Positions 7,569-15,223 of a DNA stretch of 64,000 nucleotides are shown piece after piece; position 1 is the first letter of the stretch, and each line of letters starts with the position of its first letter. The DNA is from Acidobacteriota bacterium. GTDB lineage: Bacteria > Acidobacteriota > Thermoanaerobaculia > Multivoradales > JAHEKO01. The translations under genes and the position numbers were made by a program. The stretch spans positions 4,484 to 68,483 of the forward strand of contig JAOTWP010000005.1 in NCBI GenBank assembly GCA_029862975.1, in the 5' to 3' direction. Under the pieces are notes generated by a model. The model was not told the origin of the DNA and did no database searches. It saw only the letters and a program-made list of their open reading frames with translations.

Positions 7569-7757
7569 GGCACTTGGGTCCTATCGGTAGGTTCTGTACG
7601 AGAACGGATACGTTGCGGGGGCGCAGCGACCCCTCGGGTCGACGTGCGGGACCTTTGAACCTAACCATCTTACGCCCAAAGGTCAAGCTCGCTCTCGGCC
7701 CCTGGGCTCGGAGATCCGCGGGTCGCCGGCGCGGCCCTGCCGGGTCGCGGCGTCCTC

Positions 7758-7763
7758 TACAAT
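7758..7763 (+). promoter_or_regulatory. -10 box TACAAT positioned for a leaderless tadA transcript
   Basis: TACAAT lies 6 nt upstream of the tadA ATG (7770). There is no Shine-Dalgarno sequence in between. Confidence 0.4.
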
Positions 7764-7769
7764 CGGTCC

Positions 7770-8287
7770 ATGGCGGCCACCGGCGAAAGACTTCCCGCCG
7801 ACGCTGGCGGCGCCGCGGACGACCGGCGCTGGATGCGCGAGGCGCTCGCCGAAGCGCGGCGCGCCGCGGCCGCGGGCGACGTGCCGATCGGCGCCGTGCT
7901 GGTCCGCGACGGCGCGGCGATCGGGCGCGGCCACAACCGCCGCGAGGCGGACGGCGACCCCCTCGCCCACGCCGAGCTTCTCGCCCTGCGCCAGGGGGCC
8001 GCGGCGACCGCCGGCTGGCGGTTGCTCGCCACCACCCTCTACGTGACCCTCGAGCCCTGCGCCATGTGCGCCGGGGCGCTGGTCTTGAGCCGGGTGTCGC
8101 GGCTGGTCTACGGCGCCGCCGACCCCAAGGCGGGGTTTTGCGGCAGCCTCGGAGACCTCACCGCCGACCCGCGGCTCAACCACCGCCTCGCGGTCACCGC
8201 CGGCGTGCTGGCCGAAGAGTGCGGCGAGTTGCTACGCTCGTTCTTCGCGGCTCTGCGGAGCGCGGCCGGCTCATTGCCAGATCCAAC

Positions 8288-8297
<10 letters not shown>
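7770..8297 (+). CDS. tadA: tRNA adenosine(34) deaminase TadA
   Basis: Contains the CDA zinc motifs HAELLAL and TLEPCAMCAGAL. Its 3' end overlaps the first tRNA-Ser by 10 nt. Confidence 0.9.
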
Positions 8298-8377
<80 letters not shown>

Positions 8378-8427
8378 AACTCCGTGTACAATCCCGCCCG
8401 GCCGGACCACGGCCTGCTGAACCCCCA

Positions 8428-8517
8428 GGAGAGGTGCCGGAGTGGTCGAACGGGGCGGTCTCGAAAACCGTTGACCGCGCAAGCGGTCCCAGGGTTCGAA
8501 TCCCTGCCTCTCCGCCA
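8428..8517 (+). tRNA. tRNA-Ser (anticodon CGA), CCA encoded
   Basis: Same acceptor stem as the first tRNA-Ser. Anticodon loop CTCGAAA, long variable arm, T-arm CAGGGTTCGAATCCCTG and terminal GCCA. Confidence 0.92.
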
Positions 8518-8593
8518 AACCTCGTTGACGAGCGTAGCGTTGCGGCCCACGGCGCCGCCCGTCCCCCTCCGCCGGCGCCCCGTGCGCCCGCAT

Positions 8594-8622
8594 TTGCATG
8601 CCTCGGGCGGGCGACGTAGCAT
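8594..8622 (+). promoter_or_regulatory. sigma-70 type promoter of the SRP RNA gene
   Basis: TTGCAT (8594-8599), a 17-nt spacer, then TAGCAT (8617-8622). It ends 6-8 nt before the first base that can pair in the SRP RNA closing helix. Confidence 0.55.
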
Positions 8623-8628
8623 CTTCAC

Positions 8629-8761
8629 CCCAGGGGCGGGCGAAGGGCTCGGGCCCTGTGCATCGGCCGGGAGCCGAACCTCGTCAGGCCCGGAAGGGAG
8701 CAGCGATAAGGCGCCACGGCCGAGTGCCGCAGTCCGCCTGAGCCCTTCGTCGGCCTCTGGG
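8629..8761 (+). ncRNA. ffs: signal recognition particle RNA (small/4.5S-type)
   Basis: Contains GTCAGGCCCGGAAGGGAGCAGC, the conserved domain IV motif (E. coli has GUCAGGUCCGGAAGGAAGCAGC). The 5' CCCAGGGGCGGGCGAAGGGCTC pairs with the 3' GAGCCCTTCGTCGGCCTCTGGG. Classic ffs-dnaX-ybaB-recR synteny. The ends are approximate. Confidence 0.8.
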
Positions 8762-8769
8762 CACGACCG

Positions 8770-10539
8770 ATGACCTACCAAGTCCTCGCCCGCAAGTCGC
8801 GGCCCACGGATTTCGACGCCGTGGTCGGCCAGGAGCCGATCGTGACCGCGCTGCGCAACGCCCTGCGCGAGAAACGCATCGCCCAGGCGTATCTCTTCTC
8901 CGGCATCCGCGGCGTCGGCAAGACGAGCGTGGCGCGGATCCTGGCCCGCGCTTTGAACTGCGAGCGCGGTTTCGAGAACGGGCCCTGCAACGAGTGCGAG
9001 ACCTGCCGCGAGATGGAATCCGGCGCGAGCCTCGACCTCTTCGAGATCGACGCGGCGACCTACTCGAAGGTCGAGCAGGTCCGCGAGCTGACCGAGAACC
9101 TCAAGTACAAGCCGGTGCGCGGACCCTACAAGATCGTCGTCCTCGACGAGGTGCACCGGCTGTCGCGGCAGGCCTTCGACGCCTTGCTCAAGATCGTCGA
9201 GGAGCCGCCGCCGCACCTCGTGTTCATCTTCGCCACCACCGAGCTCGAGTCGGTGCCGGCGACGATCCTGTCGCGCTGCCAGGAGTTCAACTTCCGGCGG
9301 GTTCCCCGCCCGATCCTGATGGAGCTGCTGCGCAAGCTCGCCGCGGAAGAGCAGATCGAGGTCGCCGACAAGGCCCTGCGCCTGATCGCGCGGGCCAGCG
9401 AGGGCAGCGTGCGCGACGCCGTCGCGCTCCTCGATCAGCTGGCCACGTACGGCTCAGGCAAGATCGGCGACGACGAGGCGAGCCGGGTCCTGGGCGGCGT
9501 CGACGCCGCGTTGCACCATCGCCTCCTCGCGGCGGTGATCGCCGGCGACCGCGCCGGGATCGTGGCGGTCGTGGCGGAGATCGACGAGCAGGGCTGGGAC
9601 CCGCGGCACGTCTACGCCGAGTTCCTCTCCTATTGCCGGGACGCCCTGCATCTGGCGCTCGGCGGTGCCATCGACGAGGTCGACCTTCCGGACGAGGACG
9701 CCCGCGCCGCCGCGCAGCTCGGCCGCGACGCGGGCTACGAGAACGTGCTGCGGCTGCTCCATCAGCTGCTGTCGAGCGAGGAGAGCGTGCGGCGCAGCGA
9801 GGCGGGCCTGCTGGCCGTCGAGATCGCCTGGCTGCGCGGCGCCGAGCTGCCGCGGCTGACCCGCATCGAGACCCTGCTCGCCGGCTCCCCGCCGGCCGCC
9901 GGGAGCGCGGCGCCGGACCCCCGCGCCAGCGCGCCGCCGCGGCGGCCGGAGAGACCGCACGGGGCCCCCCGCGCGGCGCCGGCGGCGCCGGCCGCCGAGG
10001 CCGCGGCCGGAGAGCCGCCCCGTCCGGAGCCCCGTCCGATGCCCCCACCAGTGCCCCGCCCGGAGTCACCGCCGCCGGCCGCGGCGGGCGCGGACGGCGA
10101 CGGCGAGAGGACCGCGGTCGCCGGCTTTCTCGAGCTCATCGGGCAACGACGGCAGGTCATCGCCGCCCACCTCGCCGACGTCGAGAGCCTCACGTTCGAG
10201 GCCGGCCTGCTCACCATGGTGACCCGGCCCGGAGACGATTTTCTCGAGCAGGCCCTGCGCCGCGACGCCAACCGCGAGGCCTTCGAAGCCTGCCTCGAGC
10301 GCGCCTTCGGCGCCGGCGCCGGCTGGCGAATCGACACCGCCGCCGGGCGCTCGGCGCCCGGCGGCCATGAGGCGGCCGCCGCCGACCCGGGCAGCGGCCG
10401 GGCGGAAGCTCCCGGCCCGGAGGCCGACTCGCCGCTCGCCCATCCCACGGTACAAGCGGCGCTCGACATCTTCGGCGGCACCGCCGAGACGATCGACGAA
10501 GCCCGCCCCCACGACCCCTCAGGAGCTCGACCGCAATGA
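8770..10539 (+). CDS. dnaX: DNA polymerase III subunit tau (gamma/tau)
   Basis: AAA+ clamp-loader N-terminus (FSGIRGVGKTSVARILARALNC, zinc module CNECETC, VLDEVHRLS) followed by a Pro/Ala-rich linker. Confidence 0.93.
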   Translation: MTYQVLARKSRPTDFDAVVGQEPIVTALRNALREKRIAQAYLFSGIRGVGKTSVARILARALNCERGFENGPCNECETCREMESGASLDLFEIDAATYSKVEQVRELTENLKYKPVRGPYKIVVLDEVHRLSRQAFDALLKIVEEPPPHLVFIFATTELESVPATILSRCQEFNFRRVPRPILMELLRKLAAEEQIEVADKALRLIARASEGSVRDAVALLDQLATYGSGKIGDDEASRVLGGVDAALHHRLLAAVIAGDRAGIVAVVAEIDEQGWDPRHVYAEFLSYCRDALHLALGGAIDEVDLPDEDARAAAQLGRDAGYENVLRLLHQLLSSEESVRRSEAGLLAVEIAWLRGAELPRLTRIETLLAGSPPAAGSAAPDPRASAPPRRPERPHGAPRAAPAAPAAEAAAGEPPRPEPRPMPPPVPRPESPPPAAAGADGDGERTAVAGFLELIGQRRQVIAAHLADVESLTFEAGLLTMVTRPGDDFLEQALRRDANREAFEACLERAFGAGAGWRIDTAAGRSAPGGHEAAAADPGSGRAEAPGPEADSPLAHPTVQAALDIFGGTAETIDEARPHDPSGARPQ

Positions 10540-10838
10540 ACGTTCGCAAGATCATGGAGCAGGCGCAGCAGATGCAGGAACAGATGGCCCGCGACCTCGG
10601 CGCCCTGGAGGTCGAGGCCAGCGTCGGCGGCGGGATGGTGCAGGTCAAGATGAACGGTCACAAGCAGGTCCTGAGCGTCACCATCGACCCCGAGGCCGTC
10701 GAGGGCGACGACACGGGCATGCTGGAGGACCTCGTGCTGGCCGCCGTCAACCAGGCGGGAGCCAAGGTCGACGAGGCAATGCAGAGCAAGCTCGGCGGCC
10801 TCGCCAGCAGTCTCGGCGGCGCCCTTCCCGGCTTCTGA
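10536..10838 (+). CDS. ybaB: YbaB/EbfC nucleoid-associated protein
   Basis: 100 aa with MEQAQQMQEQM...VGGGMVQVKMNG. ATGA overlap with dnaX. Confidence 0.9.
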   Translation: MNVRKIMEQAQQMQEQMARDLGALEVEASVGGGMVQVKMNGHKQVLSVTIDPEAVEGDDTGMLEDLVLAAVNQAGAKVDEAMQSKLGGLASSLGGALPGF

Positions 10839-10850
10839 TCGCCGCCCGCG

Positions 10851-11444
10851 ATGTCGAGCTCTCCGGAACCCATGCGCCGCCTCGTCGGCGAGCTGTCGCG
10901 GCTGCCCGGCATCGGCAGCAAGACGGCGGCGCGCCTCGCCCATCACATCCTCAAGTCGGACGCGGCGGCGGCCCGTGCCCTGGCCGAGGCCATCGCCGAC
11001 GTCAAGGAGAAGCTCTTCCACTGCTCGACCTGCGGCGCCATCACGGACTGCGATCCCTGCAAGTACTGCAGCGACCCGGCCCGCGACCACCGCCGGATCT
11101 GCGTCGTCGAGGAGCCGTTCAACATCGAGCCGCTGGAGCGCACCGGGGAGTTCCACGGGCTCTACCACGTGCTGATGGGGGCGCTTTCGCCGCAGCGCGG
11201 CGTCGGGCCGGCGGCGCTCGAGATCGACGCCCTGATGGCGCGGCTCGACGGCGTCGAGGAGGTGATCATCGCCACCAACCCCAACGTCGACGGCGAGGCG
11301 ACGGCGCTCTACCTCGCGCGGCTGCTCAAGCCGAAGAACATCGGGGTCACCCGCCTCGCGTTCGGAATGCCCGTCGGTGGCGACATCGAGTACACGGACG
11401 AGGTCACCCTGGCGCGATCCCTCGCCGGGCGCCAGGCGCTCTAG
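10851..11444 (+). CDS. recR: recombination protein RecR
   Basis: LPGIGSKTAARLAHHIL helix-hairpin-helix, a C4 zinc finger (CSTCGAITDCDPCKYC) and a Toprim domain. Confidence 0.93.
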   Translation: MSSSPEPMRRLVGELSRLPGIGSKTAARLAHHILKSDAAAARALAEAIADVKEKLFHCSTCGAITDCDPCKYCSDPARDHRRICVVEEPFNIEPLERTGEFHGLYHVLMGALSPQRGVGPAALEIDALMARLDGVEEVIIATNPNVDGEATALYLARLLKPKNIGVTRLAFGMPVGGDIEYTDEVTLARSLAGRQAL

Positions 11445-11456
11445 GCGGCGCTCTTC

Positions 11457-12740
11457 GTGACCGCTCCCGCCAGGAGGCTTCGCCGCGGCGATCTCCTGCC
11501 GCGCCTGACGGGCGCCGACCGTGCGGCGAGCCGAATGCTTGCCCGCCGCGCCGCCAGGGTGGAGACCGCCGGCCTGGCGCCGAAGCTCGACGGCGGCTCG
11601 CCGCTGTGGCTCGAGGCGCTAGGCGCCAACGTCCTCGACGTCGACGGCAACCGCTATCTCGATCTCACCTCCGGCTTCGGGGTCGCGGTGGTCGGCCATC
11701 GCCATCCGGCCGTCGTCGCCGCCGTCCGGCGGCAGAGCGGTCGCCTCGTCCACGGTCTCGGAGACGCCCACGGGCATCCGCTGCGCATCGAGCTGGCGGC
11801 CGCCCTGAAGGCCGTCGCTCCCGTTCGCGACGGCCGCGTCGGCTTCGCCGTCTCGGGTGCCGACGCCGTCGAGCTGGCCGTCAAGACGGCCTTGCTGGCG
11901 ACCGGCCGCAGCCGGCTCCTGGCCTTCGAGCCGGCCTATCACGGCCTCACCTTCGGAGCGCTGGCGCTCTCTTCCCGCCCCCACTTCCGCCGCGCCTTCG
12001 ACCGCCACCTGCACCGCCGCGTGAAGCGCCTGGCCTACGGCTGCGCCCCCCGGCGGCTCGCCTCCGAGCTCGCCGGCGGGGAGTTCGCGGCCGTCGTCGT
12101 CGAGCCCGTGGTCGGCCGCGAGGGCATCCTGCTCCCGCCTCCCGGCTGGCTCGTGGAGCTCGGCTCGCTGTGCCGCCGCCACGGCACGCTGCTCGTCGCC
12201 GACGAGATCCTGACCGGCGGCGGCCGCACCGGCCGCTGGTTCGCCGTCGACCACGACGCCGTGCAGCCGGATCTTCTGTGCTGCGGCAAGGCCCTGGGCG
12301 GCGGCCTGCCGATCGGCGCCGTGATCGGCAGCGCCGCGGTGATGTCCGCCTGGGACGCGCCGGGCGAGGCGCGCCACACGGCGACGTTCGTCGCCCACCC
12401 GCTGGCCTGCGCGGCGGCCCTGGCCACGCTCCGCGTCATCGCCGACGAGCGCCTGGTGGACCGTGGCGCGCGGATCGGCGCCGAGCTCGCGGCGGCGCTT
12501 TCCGACTGGCCCTCGCGCTTCGCGCAGGTCCGGGCGGTGCGCGGCCGCGGCGCGCTGTGGGGCATCGAGTGGCGCTCACCGGCCGCCGCCGCGGGCTTTT
12601 CCGAGCGCCTCCTGCGGCGCGGCGTTCTGATCCTGCGCGGCGGTGCCACGGGCTGCGTCACGCAGCTCCTGCCGCCGCTCGTCACCACCGCGAGACAGCT
12701 CGCTTTCGCGCTGCGAGAGGCCGCCGCGGCGGCCGAGTGA
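11457..12740 (+). CDS. class-III (acetylornithine/GABA-type) PLP-dependent aminotransferase
   Basis: GTG start. Contains LTSGFGVAVVGHRHP and DEILTGGGRTGRWFAVDH...CCGKALGGGLP, which includes the PLP lysine motif. Confidence 0.8.
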   Translation: MTAPARRLRRGDLLPRLTGADRAASRMLARRAARVETAGLAPKLDGGSPLWLEALGANVLDVDGNRYLDLTSGFGVAVVGHRHPAVVAAVRRQSGRLVHGLGDAHGHPLRIELAAALKAVAPVRDGRVGFAVSGADAVELAVKTALLATGRSRLLAFEPAYHGLTFGALALSSRPHFRRAFDRHLHRRVKRLAYGCAPRRLASELAGGEFAAVVVEPVVGREGILLPPPGWLVELGSLCRRHGTLLVADEILTGGGRTGRWFAVDHDAVQPDLLCCGKALGGGLPIGAVIGSAAVMSAWDAPGEARHTATFVAHPLACAAALATLRVIADERLVDRGARIGAELAAALSDWPSRFAQVRAVRGRGALWGIEWRSPAAAAGFSERLLRRGVLILRGGATGCVTQLLPPLVTTARQLAFALREAAAAAE

Positions 12741-12786
12741 TCTTTCTCATACAATTGGAAGGCCCCTTTCGGACCATGATCTGGTG

Positions 12787-13785
12787 ATGGAAATCTCCGC
12801 CCTCCTCGACGACTTCGCGGCCTTCTCGCATTTCGACGACGAGCGCAAGCAGCGTCTGGCGGCATGCGCCTGGCGGCAAGGGTTCGACCCCGGCGCCTAC
12901 GTCTTTCGCCAGGGCGATCCGTCGCGCGAGCCCTTTGCCCTGCTCAGCGGCTCGGTCGACCTGCGCATCGGCTCGCCGGCCGGCGACTTCGCCCTCGGCG
13001 TCCTCCGCCCCGGCCAGCTGTTCGGCGAGGCCAACTACATCGACCACCTGGGGCGCAGCAGCGACGCCGTCGCGAGAGAGACGTGCGAGCTGCTGCTGTT
13101 CGACGCCGACCGGCTCGCCGCGATGGCCGACAACGACGCCGGCTTCGAGCTCCTCCTGCTGTGGTCCTTCTGGCACAGCCTCGCGGACAAGCTACGGCGG
13201 GCCAACGCTCAGCTCGCCACCTTCTTTTCCGACCGCGACGCCTCCGCCCCGCCGCTCGACGTGCCGGCCAAGCCCCGCACCAGCGACAAGGGACTCGACC
13301 TTTCGGAGCGCCGGGCCGTCTTCCTCGAGCAGCAGCTCTCGCCGATGGAGATCCACTTCCTCGCGTCGCTGTCGCGGGAGGAGCGTTTCCTGGGCGGCGA
13401 GGTGATCTTCCGCGAGGGCGACCCTGGCGACGTGATGTTCGTCGTCCTCGAGGGCCGGGTGATGATCAGCAAGCGCATCCCCGGCGCCGGCGAGGAGGCG
13501 CTGGCCTTTCTCGAGCGCGGCGACTATTTCGGCGAGATGGCTCTCATCGACCAGCAGCCGCGGTCGGCCGCGGCCACCGCCCACGAGGGCGAGGCCGTCG
13601 TCCTGGCGATCGCCCGCGAGGTCGTCGAAGGCCTGCTCAACATCGACAGCGTCTCGTCGACCCGCCTCCTGAGCATCCTCTGCATGCTCGCCGCCAGCCG
13701 GCTGCGCGCCATCGACCAGAAGATCGTCGGCTGGCACGTCCTCTCGCGCCTCGCCACGCCCTCGCTGGCCGACGGGCAGGGTTGA
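12787..13785 (+). CDS. protein with two tandem cyclic-nucleotide-binding (CAP_ED) domains and no recognisable output domain
   Basis: Two copies of the cNMP pattern: FRQGDPSREPFALLSGSVDL...GQLFGEANYI and FREGDPGDVMFVVLEGRVMI...GDYFGEMALIDQQPRSA. Start chosen at ATG 12787; the upstream ORF extension overlaps the aminotransferase. Confidence 0.8.
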   Translation: MEISALLDDFAAFSHFDDERKQRLAACAWRQGFDPGAYVFRQGDPSREPFALLSGSVDLRIGSPAGDFALGVLRPGQLFGEANYIDHLGRSSDAVARETCELLLFDADRLAAMADNDAGFELLLLWSFWHSLADKLRRANAQLATFFSDRDASAPPLDVPAKPRTSDKGLDLSERRAVFLEQQLSPMEIHFLASLSREERFLGGEVIFREGDPGDVMFVVLEGRVMISKRIPGAGEEALAFLERGDYFGEMALIDQQPRSAAATAHEGEAVVLAIAREVVEGLLNIDSVSSTRLLSILCMLAASRLRAIDQKIVGWHVLSRLATPSLADGQG

Positions 13786-13789
13786 GCGC

Positions 13790-14914
13790 TCACGACGCCG
13801 CCAGCCAGGTCGCGAGAACCTTCCGCACCAACGAGGAGGTCGCCAGCGCGGCGATCTCCTCGCGCCGGAACCAGCCCAGCGTCGGCTCGGCCGCCGGCGT
13901 CTCGGCGACGCCTTCGGGCCGCCAGGCCGCCGCGTAGATCTCGATCTCGAAACGGCGGCGGGTGATCGCGTGACGCACCCGACCCGACGCCTCTCCGATC
14001 TCCCAGACGCCTCCGTACTTCGCCGCCAGGGCGGCTCCCATCTCCCCCGAAAGACCCCCTGCCCCGGCGTCCGGGTCGTCGAGCCAAGGCAGCTCCCAGA
14101 ACCCCGCCAGCTGGCGCGACGCAAGGCCGCGCCGCGCCAGCAGATAGCGCCGCCGCACCTTGACGACGAAGACCCGCCGCCGCACCCGCGTGGCCGCCGG
14201 CTCCCGGGGGCGGCGGGGAAAGCTCTCCGGGGCGCCGGCCGCGAAGCCGCCGCACCACGCCTGCAGCGGGCAGTCGGCGCAGCGCGGCGCCCGCGGCCGG
14301 CAGACGGTGGCGCCGAGCTCCATCAAGGCCTGATTCGAGTCCCCGGGGCGGGCCGGGTCGAGCAGGGCTCGGGCGACCGCCGCCAGGTCGCGGCGGGCGG
14401 CCGCCTTCTTCGGATCCGCGGTGCTGGCCGCGAGCCGCGACCCGACCCGCTCGACGTTGCCGTCGAGCACCGCGACGACCTCGCCGCCCGCGATGCTGGC
14501 GATGGCGGCCGCCGTGTACTCGCCGATCCCGGGCAACTGGCGCCACTGGGCCGCGCTCGCCGGCCAGGCGCCGGCCGCGGCGACCTGGCGGGCGGCCGCG
14601 TGGAGGTGGCGAGCACGGCGGTAGTAGCCAAGCCCCGACCAGGCTGCCAGCACCTCTTCCGGCGCCGCCGCCGCCAGCGTCTCGACGTCCGGGAAGCGCT
14701 CGAGAAACCGCTCGTAGTACGGGAGGACCGCTTCCACCCGCGTCTGCTGCAGCATCACCTCCGCCACCCAGGTGGCGTACGCGTCGCCGCGCCGCCGCCA
14801 CGGCAGGTCACGGCGCCAGCGCTCGTACCAGACGAGGAGCGCCTGGCTGGCCCGCGCCGCCGCGTCGGCATCGCCGGCCAACATGGCCGCACCCGGCCTC
14901 AGCCGGCGGGGCAC
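13790..14914 (-). CDS. mutY: A/G-specific adenine DNA glycosylase MutY
   Basis: RDLPWRR, WVAEVMLQQTRV, GLGYYRRARHLH and a 4Fe-4S cluster loop CRPRAPRCADCPLQAWC, plus a NUDIX-like C-terminus. Start is GTG 14914 or ATG 14884. Confidence 0.9.
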   Translation of the reverse strand: MPRRLRPGAAMLAGDADAAARASQALLVWYERWRRDLPWRRRGDAYATWVAEVMLQQTRVEAVLPYYERFLERFPDVETLAAAAPEEVLAAWSGLGYYRRARHLHAAARQVAAAGAWPASAAQWRQLPGIGEYTAAAIASIAGGEVVAVLDGNVERVGSRLAASTADPKKAAARRDLAAVARALLDPARPGDSNQALMELGATVCRPRAPRCADCPLQAWCGGFAAGAPESFPRRPREPAATRVRRRVFVVKVRRRYLLARRGLASRQLAGFWELPWLDDPDAGAGGLSGEMGAALAAKYGGVWEIGEASGRVRHAITRRRFEIEIYAAAWRPEGVAETPAAEPTLGWFRREEIAALATSSLVRKVLATWLAAS

Positions 14915-14987
14915 CGGGCGAAGCGCTCGCTCGCGCTCCCCGGGGGGGTGCGGCGAGCCTCTTTCGTGATAAACAAGAGCAGCAAGG

Positions 14988-15134
14988 GGGGAGGTTCCGG
15001 GGTTGCGGAGTCTTGGAGGGAGCCCCTGCTAGGACAGGAGCCTGTGTTGCGGATTGAGACGTGACGAGACAGATCTGCTGAAAGGATCTGCTGAACGGTC
15101 TCGCTGTTGTGGACTCAGGTAGAGGAACCTCCCC
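14988..15134 (-). repeat. perfect 11-bp inverted repeat enclosing a 125-nt ORF-free segment with an internal tandem repeat
   Basis: GGGGAGGTTCC at 14988-14998 is the exact reverse complement of GGAACCTCCCC at 15124-15134. Inside, GATCTGCTGAA occurs at 15072-15082 and 15085-15095. Confidence 0.85.
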
Positions 15135-15162
15135 GTGTTTTCCTTACTTGCCACATTCTTGA

Positions 15163-15179
15163 AGCAATCTCCGTGCCAG
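15163..15179 (-). promoter_or_regulatory. sigma-54 (RpoN) -24/-12 promoter
   Basis: The minus strand reads CTGGCACGGAGATTGCT, matching YTGGCACGrNNNTTGCW at every specified position. It is intergenic and points toward the structured spacer and mutY. Confidence 0.6.
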
Positions 15180-15223
15180 GAACGCCTCCGGCGGCCGAGA
15201 GGGCGCGCGGCGGCGGGAGCGCC

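Noticed and set aside
7591-7605. GTTCT-gtacg-AGAAC inverted repeat as a LexA/SOS box upstream of rpmH
   Set aside because: It matches neither GAAC-N4-GTTC, CTGT-N8-ACAG nor GTTC-N7-GTTC spacing. The arms are only 5 bp, and rpmH is not a plausible SOS gene.
7569-7769. rpmH-tadA divergent spacer as the replication origin (a strand switch of gene orientation occurs here)
   Set aside because: It has no DnaA-box-like sequences and no AT-rich unwinding element. Gene orientation flips again several times later in the window, so the switch is not informative. The dnaA-dnaN spacer is the better candidate.
8770-10539. Programmed frameshift or slippage site for a gamma isoform in dnaX
   Set aside because: I saw no A-rich slippery heptamer (A AAA AAG type) or long A run anywhere in the gene. 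I have no basis to claim a gamma product.
15107-15223. Longer sppA start (TTG 15107) from the ORF track
   Set aside because: The extra 39 aa have no signal or anchor character and run through the AT-richer structured spacer and the sigma-54 promoter. MKKLL at 15224 begins a canonical membrane anchor.
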